DNA of 64,000 nt from Raillietiella orientalis. Its lineage: Eukaryota. Below, piece by piece: positions 38,001-50,187 of the stretch; the first letter of the stretch is position 1, and each line of letters begins with the position of its first letter. Made by a program: the position numbers and the translations under genes. The stretch spans positions 3,286,001 to 3,350,000 of the forward strand of contig JAYWIR010000011.1 in NCBI GenBank assembly GCA_036172245.1, given 5' to 3'. The notes under the pieces are model-generated. The model searched no databases. It had not been told where the DNA came from and saw only the letters and a program-made list of their open reading frames with translations.

Positions 38001-41000
38001 TTGCCTCGACTCCCATCCCGCACCTGTAAGGAAGGGAAAAGAAAGCGACCGAGAAAGCTCCGGAGGAATATACGGACAAGTGGGCGCTCTCGTGAGGCAG
38101 TGATGGACTCGGCAGTGCGCGTGCTGCCATCTGCACGCAGTCTGGCGAACCGCGGAGCGCCTAGGTAGGTGGTCGCTCCCGACGAGTGCGCGCTCCCAGC
38201 CCAGCGGACAGGGCACGGGGTGGCTGGAGAACGTCAGGGGACTGTCCACTGAGAAGGATCCCCTCCTCTGCAGCAATTCTCCCTCAGGGGGAGGAGGAAA
38301 AATGAAATCAGAGGAATGGGAAAGGAGCGTGGGAAATCTCTCCTTCCCCTAACTGTCTTCCCTGGGAAGCCTTCTAGGCCACTGCGAAGGATCCCTCCGG
38401 TTGGAGGGCCGTGAGTTGCGAGACACTTGTTCCCGAACCGGCGTCCGCCCCCGGAGGAGGGCTTGTCCTCGCTGCTCCTGTTTCACCCGGGAGGACCACG
38501 CCCACGGGAATCCCTTCCGTCCGAAGAAGACGCAAAATGGCACGCAGGGTTTGTCCGCCCTGATCCCCAGAACCCCCACCTCTTCCTCCTCTTCCTCCGC
38601 CTTTGGTCAATGTCAGCATCCAAGACCCATCTCAGCGGGGTAGTGTACCCCGGGTCACGGCTTCGACCCCAGAGGGTGTCCCAGAGTATACGTGATCCGC
38701 TCCATGCGCTGCCTATTTTTATCCATCCTCGAGCTACGCGAGAGGAAAAGGGGATTCTCGGAACAGCGACCAGCGGCGTCCGAGAAAGTGGGGCAGGCGA
38801 GAGTGGGTGCGCGTTCCCATCTCGCCCAGGGCTTGGGGACTCCTCGCCCCTCGTTTCGCCTTCCGGTCTCCTTCGCTTCCGGGAAGCGAACCTCGGGACT
38901 CCCTTTTCCCGGTTCCTCGCCGCTTTCGGGGACGGGCAGAACAGCCCTCGAGATGGCAGCCGCTCGCTAACCGCGAAGAGCCTCCCTCCACGGGCTGCCG
39001 TGCCCGCCGGCAGCGGCCAGCAAGGGGGTGTGCCCGCTGGCAGTGGAGAAGGAGGGAGAAAGGGAGGAGAAGGAGCTGCTGCCTGCCGCTTCCGCGCGAC
39101 GCGCCCTCTCTCTCTCTCGCCCTTGCAAAGGGAGAGAGGTCGTGCCGCCCCGAGCGACCTCGCGCTGCGCTGCGGCCGATTCGGAAACGCCCCCCGGAGA
39201 GGCGGAGGGTGGGGACGGAGTCCCTCCCCAGTCCGCTTCCCCTTTTCCAAGCTTTCGAAAGGATGCAACTCACGCTGATGTCGTTGAGGAAGAAGTGTTC
39301 CTCTGCGAAGTACTTGACCAATTCCTCCATGCGCACGGCCGGGTTCAGGTGCTTGTCCTGGGGGCAAGAAAAGCACGCGTTAGCGTTAGCAGACAAGAGG
39401 GAGGGAACAGGGGTGTGAGGAGAGAACCGGCTGGCCGGCATCGCCTGCAGGGGGAGACGGGACGAGACCTGGCCGGTCGCCGCCGCGATCGCGATCGCCT
39501 GAGGGACCACGGCGCGCCCCTCCCACGCTCTCTTTGCGGGCGCACGGAGCAGAGAGCTAGGGGAGTGCGGGGTCGCTCGCCTTTCCCTCATTGCCCTCCC
39601 CCGACTCCCCCTAGAGCGCTCTAGGGGACTCTCCGAAGGTCAAGGAGCATTGCGACGGTTTCCCGGAGCGCATGACACCGGCGGGAGCAGAGGGGTCATT
39701 TCACCTCAAAGCAGCATCGCAGGAGGAACCGCCGGCGACCTTTCTCCTGGAGCTGCTGCTGCCTTCATCCTCTTCAGAAGGGCTGCTTCCGCCCCCACGG
39801 GCCCGCTCACGCCCTCTCCCGTGTTCCGCCTCCCTCCCCCGAGGGTCCCAGGCGCATGAGCGGCAGTCCCCGGAGGGGGGAGAGTCGGCCGACAGCCTTG
39901 GCGACGCGACGCGCACCGCCACCAGCTGGAGCTGCCGCCCCCGCGTTTCGCAAGGGCGCCGCTGCACGTGACCGGCCCGAACCTATTTCAGGGTGTCCTC
40001 GCGCCGCGCGGTAAAGACCGGGGGAAAAGGAGGAGGAGGAGGAGGAGGAGGAGGGGGGGGAATTCCGCAAGACCGCTGGGCGTCGCCGCTGGGACCTCGC
40101 GCGAGACCGAAGGCGACGATGGAGTCGAGGGTGGCCACGAAAACGAGACCCCGCGGTGTCACCGCAGTGTCGAAGCGCGCGCGCGAGCGTCGACGCCCAT
40201 TTTCGGCCGGAGGATCGTCATGCGTCGTGACCCGTGGACCGGTCGCGAGAGGCGTATCTGGAGATTACCGGGGGGGGGAGGGGACCGACATCACGCCGCG
40301 GCGCTTAATTTTACCCGGGGGAAGGGAGCAGAGGAGGAGGGAGCAGCAGCCCAGAAAGGGAAGGGGCGTCCCACCGATCGCCGGAAGTCCCTCTCCAGCC
40401 GAAATTGCGCATCGGCGGGGGCTGAGACCTGGCGACCCGCACCTGGGCGGTAGCAGCTGCGCGCGCTCTCCGACCCTCAACGAGGGCGAAGAAAGGGAGG
40501 ATGGAAAGGTGGGATCTGTGCACCCGGAGGACCGCCCCACCTCCGCACCGGGAGGCGCTTACAATGTTGTGCTTTTTGGAGAACTCCTCGCACATCATGT
40601 ACTGGTGCAGAAGGATGGTGTCCTCGAGCTCCCAGATGTAGACCCGTTCCAGCTTGCTTTCAGTGTCCGGACTGACGCTACTGCTGTGCTTCTTCCCTCT
40701 CCCCCTGCTGCTTCTGGAAGAAGCTGAAGAGAGGAAAGACAAGCTATGTGAAGGCAAAAGAATCCGGGAACATAGCGGGAGCGGGAGACGTCACCTCTGA
40801 TGCTGCTGACTTCCGACTTCAGGGATGAGACGGGACTCCCGTCGGCGTAGGAGTAGACGCTCCCGTTGTCTAATTGGAAAAAAATTCGACAGTCTCTCGG
40901 AAAAAGAGGAAGGGGTTTCCTTCCTCTTTTTTTTTTTTTCTTTATTCGCGTACCTGACAGCGACGAGTGGACAAGCTGATATGTAGGAGAGGACGTGGAC

Positions 41001-44000
41001 GTCGGGCTGACGGACATGTTGAAAGGAGCGCCGTTTATGTTGGAGTAAGCGTTGTGATTCTGGGAAGGGCAGCAGTTGAAGGAGTTGGAGGCCGACAGCT
41101 GGCTTGCGTAGCAGAATCCGCTGCAGTCCAAGGTCTGCTGGAAATCGGAAGGATGGGGGAAGGGTGCGCTGCCAGAGAGCCATTCCCTACGAACCTGCTG
41201 GCCGTACGCTTGGCCCGGAAGCCCTGCGGGCGAACCGAAACCAGCAGACGGATAGTTGGTACAGTTGTACACGGCATAAGGACTCTGGAGAGAAGACCCA
41301 CTGGTAGAAAACGGACCGCTGTACGGCACGTTAAGGTACGAAATGGGCTGAACGAAATTCTCCCCCGTCTTGGACTGTACGAAAGCTTTGGAGCCTGCAA
41401 ATAGATCATTGACCGGCAAGGTCAAACTCTGGCGTGAGGCAGAGTCCGTACCATAGGTTGCTGAGGACAGCATGTTGAAAGGTGGTTGCGTGTTCTGAGC
41501 GTAGTACATCCCTCCGTGCATCAGACCTGAGTTCGACTGATTCTCATACGTCTGCATGGTTGAGCTTCGAGAGAGAAACCCGTTACCATCGTTCTCCGAA
41601 GTGCATTCTTACTTTGGATAATGCACCGATATCAGGGCGACTTCTGGATTGCTGATTTCGCTTCCACCGACAGCCGCCTCGGCAGGTTCGTCGTAAGGGC
41701 TTAATGGCTCTCCTGATGGTGAATAAGGTGACTCACTCGGGCAAATCGTTTCATTAACGCGTGCTGTGGCACTCGTGGCTCGCAGTTTATCTGGGTGACG
41801 TGATAAGCGGTTATTACTGGTTATTACGGCAACAGCGCTGGCGTGTGTACGCATGCACCCGCGTGTTTCCGAGATTCTCCTCCTGAAGCGCATCTTGCGG
41901 ATTGATCACGAGATGCGTGCTACCTCGCAGTCAACTCGCGAGATGGCACCAGAGGAGTCCAGACTGCACGAGATCATCGCATATCATTCCGAAAAGAGAA
42001 GAATGAGATTCCACAGAAGTGCTGAGTTTTGCAATCGTTCCTGAGTCGCGCTTGCGACTTTTCTCGTTTAGAAACCACCTGGGAAGACGAGACCGCTAGC
42101 GTGGAAGGAATTATCTATTTAACGAACGAGGTCACGGAGGACTTGAAGAGAGCCTCCCGCCTTGGCAGAAGCAGAAAGCCCTTCAAAGTCTTCAGTTTTT
42201 TTCAAACGATTGCGGGTGCATCCTGTGATATGCCATCGTACCTTCCATGTGCAAGCTTATCCTCCTCGCCTACCTCCCTCGGTCATGTCGCCTGCAATAG
42301 TGGACACAGAACAGTGACAATTACCGGAAAGAAACAACCTAATGCCACAGTCGGGATTTGCACTTTACTTCCAGATCACGTGATAACGACCGCAATCAAC
42401 GAGCGGACTCCTCGGTACTTTTGCTCGTTTTGAAAACGAGCTTGCGTTCTCTGGGTGCCCAAGGAGCACCACTAGAAGGATCGTCAGATCCCGCGTGCTG
42501 CACACATGATGAACCTGCCTCCGCCAGGAGCAAACGCACCGGAACGCAAGCCTGCAAGTTGTCGCAGAGGTGTTCGCCCAATATCGCAAACTCAGTAACT
42601 CTCCGAAGTAGGGAAGTCCAGAGTAATCGACTCTGGACTTCCCTACTTTCCCTTCTCCGCAATGCGGCTGCATGGACCAGGGCTCTCATACCCGCGGTTT
42701 GCACGCATGAGCGGTCTCAGCGCGCTGCGAAAGTGATGAAAAGAAGGTGTGCTCCGGTGTGTGCACGGTGTACCTCAGATCGCTGCGCAAGTCTCCTTGC
42801 AACATTCCCAGGAATGTGTCGGGTATGCAAATCTTTCGCGCCGATCTTTCGACTTTCAGCGCTGGAGCATCCCGAGAACAACCAGCATTTTGCGCGTCCG
42901 ACTAGTGCCTGGAGGGGTGCTCGCTGAGACCTGACATTCATCCGACAGTGGCCTTTGTTTCAGCTGCCACTCTGGATATTTTGCCTCAGGGATGCTCCCA
43001 GGAGTTTCGAGGGATGCGGAGAAAATCAAAAAGCAGCATGGCTGGATTCCGAACCCTGCTTTCCTGTTCCGGGAGGGCGTACCCTGCGGCGAGGCAGCCG
43101 TAGGAAGGGGGACGAGGCTGCGCGCCGCTCAGATTGCCATCTGAGGATGGCCGTTGCCGCTCACGGTCCCGCACCAGGACCGCGGTCGCTACCGGCCCTC
43201 CTGCATGAATTACATGAGGTCGCACCGATCTCCAAAGCGACAGACTCCTCCAGACTGAGCCCCACCTGTCGCAGGCGATTCAGGTGGGCCAAGCGCGCTG
43301 CACCGTCTTCCAGTCGCCCAACGCTGCGTCACTCATGCGCGCGCTCACGTGAACCCGCAGGCACAGTTTCAGAGGTCTGCAAGCACACCGTGCACAAACA
43401 GCGCTCTGTTGCGCGGCACTCTGCAGAATCTTCTGAAAGGTTCTCGGGATTTTCGGGTACCTTCATGAAGCAATATAGATTTGGTGGCAGAAGACAACTT
43501 GCATATCCTTCTGAACAGGGCACAAGGACAACAGCGGAACTGCGCAGATGACCCCCCGACCTAAAATGGAAACGCAGTCCCCAGGCTTGCATAGCAACGC
43601 GTGGGAGCTGGCGGATGGCGAGGCAGGGCACGGAGTTCTGGGATCGCGACTTTCGGGGGAAGTCGAGGCTAAGGAAATTGGGGCCATAGATAAGGCTGGG
43701 GCGGCTGAACGTTTTCAGGGTGCGGATGGGAGCTGATTTCCTCGCGTAAAGAGAAAGAGCAGCGAGCTGGCAGGACAGTCGCCCGAAGCCACGCTTGCTG
43801 TGGCCCTCCGAGGGAATTCAGCAGTGCTTTCCGACTACAAAGGAAAGGAGAACCACAGCCTTCAGAAATTTGCTTAAGGACGAAGAGGAACTGAGATGGG
43901 TTAAGCGAAAGTTCTTTGCATGCCGAAGATCGCTCCAGATGGTCAGGCCGAAGCACATTTGGAACGGCGGAGCGATTCTTCTTGCGAAAGGACTGAACCG

Positions 44001-46652
44001 CGTGAATGCGAAGTGCCCAATTCGGCATTCACTCAAACCGAAGGGATCCCACTTGTCCCAACCAGAAAAAAAAAAAAAAAAAAAACACCAGTGTTCCGTG
44101 GCGCGATCGTTCTCACCAAGGAGAAACTTCAGAAGGTCTGAAGAAAGGTTCAAAGAAGGCTCCTGCGTACTGGTGCCTGCGATTCCATGACTGGTACCAC
44201 CGGAGAAGAAATTCTAAGGCCGCATCCGAGGGCAAGCATGTCAGAAAGGCGTTTTTTGGTGAGGGTCCTGTGGTTACGCTCGCTTAATCCAGTTTTCACT
44301 CAACCCTCCACGGAGGGAGAGAGGCGGGGAGAGCCGATGGCTCCAGTGGCAGAAGACTGTCGCTCGTGATTCCCTCTCAGAACAGAGCTTTCCTCCTGAC
44401 TGGCAACGACAAGTAACCTCCAATCGCATTCGAATTTCAAAAGAGATGTGTTTTTTTTTTTTTTTTCACCGAAACATCCTCTGGATTCCTAAAGGAAAAC
44501 TCAGGAGTTGCATCATCCTCAAATCGAATCCAAAGAGGATGACAGACGGATGGGAGAAACCACGGGGCAGATTTCCAACGGACGAACGTCGCTGGTCCAC
44601 AGTCTTTGTGGCCAGAGACAAATTGGAAGAAAGTGATGCTTTTTTTGGGAGGGGGGGGGGGAGGGCATACCGTTGAACTCTGCGCTCCCATCATGAACAG
44701 CAGCAGCAGCAAAAGACAAAGGAAGAAACGTCTCGTTCCCAGGATGTGCGAGCTCATTCCACAGACTCTCTCACCGATAGCACTCATCGCGGCTAGGATC
44801 CCTGTGATTTGCGCTGCAGCACCTTCCTATAGTGTTGCAGCGACGGTTCCGCGACAGCATGACCCGCGGTGCAAGAAGTATGAGCACAGCGTGTCTCCCA
44901 GTTTTGTGAACATTTCAAGGATTTCCCCACGATATGCGTTCTCGTACAGGCACCAGCACGTGGTCTTCCCTCATCGGTCGGAAGCCAGTCCGGAGGCGGT
45001 TCTGGACTGCGGAAGAGTCTTCACCGTCGCTGACCCTTTTACGCAGCGGAGGGCGCTGCCAGTCGAGAGGCCACGAGGAATCGTCGGTATCTGCAGGAGA
45101 GAACGAGGGATAATCCGTGTTTCCTTGCGCAAGCAGAAAACACGGTCTGCGGTGCTGAGGTGTTCAGAGAAACAGAGCGCTTTCCCTCTGAGAACTATTC
45201 CTAAGATTCTCTCCGAAAACCAGGTGGAAATTCCAGAAGCTTTAAAGGCCACCGAGGTCCAACTCGAGGTGGTTCTTCGAGCTGCAGTGCTGCGGTGTTT
45301 TGGAGGAGAGAGTGCTCCCTTTCAGAAAGCTTCCCCAGGTTTCATTTCGAAGGGACCAGATGGAAAGTCCTGGAAGATTTCAAGGCTGCCGCATCCCGAG
45401 ACGGGAGTTCGCAGATGACGCTTTCCGCATATCAGATGGGGATTCTTCGCTCTTATTCTACGAACCGGATTGCTTCCCGAAATCTTCCGGGCCCAGATTC
45501 GGATTTATTGCATTCGCGGAGACCACCACCAGCATCTGTGTAGAGCACGAAGGGCGGCAGCAGCAGCACCACTCGCGTTGAAGGTGCTGGGATGCTGGTC
45601 CTCGAGCTTTTTCCCTTGCCGTGCAGAAGATACGCACTTTCATTGATCCGGGCAGCACACGTGACGGAAACCCGCTTGCGCGCTGGCCCCCTCTGACATC
45701 ATGGCCAGCCATCACCAGATATACACACACCGGCTTTTCTTCATCTTCCCTCTCTTTTGTTGTGTGTGTGTGTTTTTTTTTCTTTCTTTCTTTCCGGAAC
45801 GGCTAGTAATAACAGGTGGATCGGTGGTGATGACTGGAGGCCATGCTAAAGCCATACACACAAACGCACACGCACGCACGCAGAAGATACATTCTGCCCC
45901 ACGCTCCTAGCGCGAAACCGACGCTACACACGGATTCTTATGCACCAGCACCGCGACACACGTTGCCGGTCGGGAGTCCTTCCTGCTCCTCCTTCGCAAG
46001 TTGGGACTCGGCAGAGCGCGCATTCCCATCGCAGAAATTCTCACGCGCTCGCTCGCTCGCTCGCTTCCCCCCGCGCCATGACTCGGTCGGCGAACGCACC
46101 GAAACTGAGTGCTTCGTCTGCGGACGGCATCCTCCCGACACGCGTCTGTCCAGGATCGGATTCGTCCTCCTGCGTGGAAACGGTTCCCGCGTCCGACACA
46201 CGATTGGGGGGCAAGAACTGAGCCGGTCTCACCCCCCTTCTTTCGTGGGCTGTTCGCCCCCGCGTGCTGTGCGACCGGCGGCACCCAGAACCGCGCGCGC
46301 GCCTCAACTTCTGCCCTCGTCCCCCCTTCTTCCTGGACCACACTTTTACCATATAGAGACGGGATGTCCGCGTTGAGGGAGCTGTCGCTCAGGATGCCAG
46401 TCTGCAACGTGCAGGTGTCCTTGATGACCGCTTTGGAATCTTCGGGTTTCGCCTGGATGACTCCTCTGGCAATCCCATCAGAAGAAAAGCTGCAAAACAG
46501 AAACACCCTGCTGGAGGTGCGTCGCAGATTTTCCCCTTCGGCGAAGAGGGAAACCCATACAAACGATCTGATGGTGAGACTTCTGCACAGGACCGTGCTG
46601 CTGGAGCAGACTCGGCTCCTGCGGGGCCTCCACACCCCCTCTCCTCCCGTGG
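25830..46652 (-). CDS. eya: Eyes absent (Eya) family protein, multi-exon gene, 5' end incomplete; HAD catalytic motifs degenerate
   Basis: Spliced exons 46652-46561, 46489-46350, 41712-41613, 41564-41452, 41394-41195, 41137-40954, 40869-40795, 40723-40563, 39357-39274, 36799-36741, 36652-36486, 36412-36253, 26573-26446, 26379-26279 and 25910-25830 all have GT-AG boundaries with compatible phases (1845 nt). The product has a P/S/T/Y-rich N-terminus followed by Eya-domain hallmarks: [87 protein letters not shown]...LELGYM*. The two most upstream exons are less certain. Confidence 0.93.
26279..26379 (-). CDS. eya: eya exon (G)[33 protein letters not shown]
   Basis: Matches Eya GKESCFERI..RFG....YVVIGDG..EE.AA; acceptor gtttccag, donor gtgcgt. 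Confidence 0.92.
26446..26573 (-). CDS. eya: eya exon [42 protein letters not shown]
   Basis: Matches Eya [38 protein letters not shown]; polypyrimidine acceptor, donor gtaagg. Confidence 0.92.
29780..29950 (-). mobile_element. short non-LTR RT N-terminal remnant inside the long eya intron
   Basis: VADVAWKALRES...FVSGLVPRF (cf. DG..Y..WK.L......G.VP..W); weak nucleotide similarity to ~59650-59700. Confidence 0.3.
34959..34999. repeat. (CT)n microsatellite in eya intron
   Basis: Perfect dinucleotide run. Confidence 0.97.
36253..36412 (-). CDS. eya: eya exon MFDLDYEEKSRLKREGESLMKREEWLQVRQDIEILTGSWLTITSSCLNIVNS
   Basis: Matches KRE.WLQLR.EIE.LTD.WL..A...L..I.SR; donor gtgaga. Confidence 0.9.
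36486..36652 (-). CDS. eya: eya exon NYNFAEDGF...[31 protein letters not shown]
   Basis: Near-invariant Eya motif [14 protein letters not shown]; GT-AG boundaries. Confidence 0.95.
36741..36799 (-). CDS. eya: eya exon [19 protein letters not shown]
   Basis: Matches [20 protein letters not shown]; acceptor cctttacag, donor gtgagg. Confidence 0.95.
39274..39357 (-). CDS. eya: eya exon [28 protein letters not shown]
   Basis: Matches D......GLRMEEMIF.LAD.H.FFNDLE; phase-0 GT-AG boundaries (donor gtgagt). Confidence 0.9.
40563..40723 (-). CDS. eya: eya exon SSRSSRGRGKKHSSSVSPDTESKLERVYIWELEDTILLHQYMMCEEFSKKHNI (start of Eya domain)
   Basis: Matches RGRGR.....SP.PD..LERVF.WDLDETI; donor gtaagc. 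Confidence 0.9.
40795..41712 (-). CDS. eya: eya N-terminal P/S/T/Y-rich transactivation-region exons (five short exons)
   Basis: ORF 40595..41557 and 41609..41893 translations are S/P/Y-rich (EPLSPYD, MYYAQ, PYAVYN, TYQL); inferred introns 40870-40953, 41138-41194, 41395-41451 and 41565-41612 are GT-AG and phase-compatible. Confidence 0.7.
46350..46652 (-). CDS. eya: candidate upstream eya exons (46652-46561 and 46489-46350)
   Basis: Splice signals ttctgttttgcag, gtaaaa and gtatgg; phases fit the downstream exon at 41712; no recognisable homology. Confidence 0.45.
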
Positions 46653-49600
46653 CTACGCGAAGGCGGCCGAGCTCAAGCGGTACAGAAGACTCCTCAGGTA
46701 GCGCAGAAGTGCGAGGTGCGTTCTGAACCGAGCGGAAAGCCAAGCAAGGCCTTGGGGTGCCATCGGGAGGAAGCTGCGCGACTGACGCGACCCACCTCGA
46801 GAAAGCTCTTGTCCCCCCGCCCACCCGATACGCTGGCAAAGCTCTGCCGCCCCCCTGCGATGACTGCGAGTGTCCGCACAGCGGGGGCAGCGGCGGTACC
46901 GGAAGACGGCTGTTTCCTTCATCTCATCGAACGTAAAGGAAGAGGAGGAGGAGGAGGGAAGGATGACTTGCCTCTTCCCTGAATCCAAAGAGGACGCTGT
47001 GCAGAACACGGGAAAGAGACAGGACGCACCACAGAAACCCGATTATCCACCCCCTTCCCGTGCCCATCCCCCTGCCTCGGAAAGGAAGATAGGCTCTTGC
47101 ATCCAGGGCTCCCCCACATCACGTATGCATTGATTCATCTATTTTTATTCTCCCCTGCCGTTCATTTGACCCCTCCTCACTGAGAGCGTCTTCCTCCCAG
47201 CCACCGACCTGCACGTCTGTGTCCCCTGAAACGCCCTCCCAAGGCACCGTGGCGTTTGTTTATCCAGCCCGAATCAACGCCAAGGCGTGACCGGGTGAAA
47301 CGCAACGAGGAGGGGCTCGACAGATTGGGGAAGTGGGGACGCTACGAACACCCATCGCACTTCCCTACGTAAACCTGGACCTTTCAGACGATCATGCCAG
47401 CACGAACCGCAGCCCTCTCATTCCCTGAATTGGAATCCTGTAGAGGAGGAACGTATTCCAACATCCCCTCGGCGAGAGGAAAGATTCTTCCTCGTGCTGG
47501 GGGATGCGGATGCTGGCTGGGACGTTCTTTTGCCTTCACCCACACTCTCCCTGTGCCAACTTCTCCCTCCGTTTCGTAGGAAAACATTCCCCGGGATCCG
47601 GCCAGCTTCGCGTCCGCGATGCGCACACCCCGTCTCCTGTTTCGTCAGGAAAGATCATCCCTCCCTCTCCGACTCGCTCCTGCTCCTCCTCCTTTCCTTT
47701 TCCCCCCAGCACCGACCGCATTCCCGATCCACTCTCGAGCATCCAGGAGGTCTTCAATATTCCCACCGCTCTGGAAGTCTCCCTCATGGAAGGCGCTCCC
47801 AGCAGGTTTAAACGATTCTCCTCCTCTTCGGCGGTTTCTCCAGGGGTTCCTGGAAGCGCCTTCTTTCACGTCTGTTTACCCACTCTCGCCTGGAATCCAT
47901 CCAGCCAAACCTCGTCAGGATGCGCTCCCGTCTGTCAATCTCCCGTGCGCCGAAATCCAAGAGCTCTCGCTCCGGAAACTCATGGAGCGAGACCGAAAAA
48001 TCCCGTCTCCCAATTACAGAAACAAAAGGGAGCACGCTGGCAAGGAAGTTCCTCGATCTTCCGCCCTGGTCGCTCGACGCCTCCCGCTGGCTCTTCTCCG
48101 TCCCTCGTAGCCGTCGGGTCTTCGAGACTCCGCTCCTTTTCTTCGTATGTTTTCCGAGTGAAGAAGTCCCCCTCGCCCGAGGGATTTTTTCGGGACGCTG
48201 CCGGACACGAAAAGAAATCTCTTCCTGCCCCCCCCCCCCATTAGCTTCTCGGGGAAGGTGTGGAGCGGAAGTGGATTTCGGAGGAAGCTGCTCTCCATGC
48301 TAGATTTTTCCTTCACCCGCAGATCATATCGCGCGCAGCCGCCGCCTGACGTCTGGAATTCAGGACGAACCGCGAGGTGTCCATGGCGAACGGACGCCCG
48401 GTTCAAATTTCCTGGTCTGCCGGTCGCGATCTCTCCTTGGCGCCACGACCCCCATCTCCTCCTTCCAAGGAAGTCCGGCCACCTCGTTCGGGGGCGCCTC
48501 GCTTATTTAGAGCTTCCAGATAAAGAAAAGACGGCACAGCTAATCCCGACGGTGGCAGCCCACTCCCCAATGTCCTTCTCGAGTCACAAAGAGCTTTTTC
48601 GCAGAACCCGTCTTTACGCGCGTCCTCAGCCTTGAAGCCAATCATGCGACTCTCGTCGTGTTTGATTCGTTTACTCTTGGAGACCGGGACACGAGTTGTG
48701 AAACCACGCCGATTCCTGATCACCGCTGGGTGCCGAAGCAGCTGGTGGAGAACAAGAAATCAATCGAAGGGAACAGGAAAGAGCGAAACTCCCAAGGAGG
48801 CCGACGCTGAACGAAACGGCCGTAAACAAAACGTCTCCCGGAAATCTTCGATCGAAAGAGATGGCAGCCTGTAATGACGGGAGACCTCTCCGATCATTAC
48901 AGGGCAGCCACTCTTGTGGCAACGAAATCCGGGCTTGGGCACGCTGTGCGGCCGCAGAAAAACAGCGGCTGCAACCTCCCCGCTTGAGAGTCATGCAGCT
49001 TTCACTTTGCGTGTTTTTGCGAAACTCTTCACTTAGCGTTTCCGCCCATTTCTCAGTCAAAAACGCCCTGCGACTGGGAGCAGCAGGACCTGATGCCGAT
49101 TCCAGATAGCTTCCTGAAGCACACCGGTGATTAAGAAGATGCGGGGGATTTTTTGAAACCTAAGAACTTTAATTGGTGGATGCTTGCTGGAAGGAGAGGA
49201 AAAAAAGGCAAAAGACTCCCAAGAAAAGCCACTTCAACCCGCAATTTGCTAAATAAATCAAGGACGAGAAATTACAGCCTTGCTTCCGAGTTAATTATTA
49301 GAACGGATGGATGCCACCTCGCGGCCCATTCCGCCAGAGCGTTTTTTTTGCACGCATTCCTTCCTCCTGTTTGCACAGGCCGAGCCTGGAGAACGGTCGG
49401 GAAGCGTTACATAGGCTCGCCGTAATGCCCTCCAAAAGTTTACCCGTGTACGAAATCAAATGTTCTGATCAATCCGTGTTCGGTTTCACGTTAAAAGTTT
49501 TTTTTTCTTTTTTTTCCTTTCCTTTTTTTGGGTTTTTTTTTTTTTTTTCGGAGTGCTTGGGTCGCGGAGCTTTTGCCCAGGGCTGAGCTGAACCAACAGA

Positions 49601-49845
49601 GTTATTTTCTTCAGATGTCAGTTCCCACTAATTCATATTCACTCGCCTCTTGTTCGCTTTTGAGCGCGCACGTGCGTGTGTGCGCCTCGCGTGCTCAATG
49701 ACGCCGCTTGCGCGCACACACAGCACATCCGCCGAACAACGTCACTCCCGTCACGGCAAAGGCAGAAGAAGGAGACGAGCGCAGGCCAAGACCGAGCGAG
49801 AAACGCGATGCAGGACGAGGAGAGAGAGACCGCACTTTAGCCGAA

Positions 49846-50124
49846 GAGGCTGTTGGCGAGTCACATCATCCCCAAAGGGCTTCCAAGTCAAAGAGGCTGT
49901 TGGCGAGTCACATCATCCCCAAAGGGCTTCCAAGTCAAGGAGGCTGTTGGCGAGTCACATCATCCCCAAAGGGCTTCCAAGTCAAAGAGGCTGTTGGCGA
50001 GTCACATCATCCCCAAAGGGCTTCCAAGTCAAGGAGGCTGTTGGCGAGTCACATCATCCCCAAAGGGCTTCCAAGTCAAGGAGGCTGTTGGCGAGTCACA
50101 TCATCCCCAAAGGGCTTCCAAGTC
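49846..50124. repeat. 47-bp minisatellite, ~6 copies
   Basis: Unit gaggctgttggcgagtcacatcatccccaaagggcttccaagtcaa(a/g) starts at 49846, 49893, 49940, 49987, 50034 and 50081; the last copy lacks 3 nt. Confidence 0.97.
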
Positions 50125-50187
50125 TTCCTGCGCACAACCTTCACTACGGAAGTCCCAGAGGACTGCATCTCAAACCCATTGGTCACG

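Noticed and set aside
25830..46652. eya as a decayed pseudogene
   Set aside because: No stops or frameshifts across the reconstructed exons, canonical splice sites, and strong conservation of non-catalytic blocks
49846..50124. CRISPR-like array
   Set aside because: The units are contiguous with no unique spacers, there are no cas genes, and the context is eukaryotic; it is a simple minisatellite
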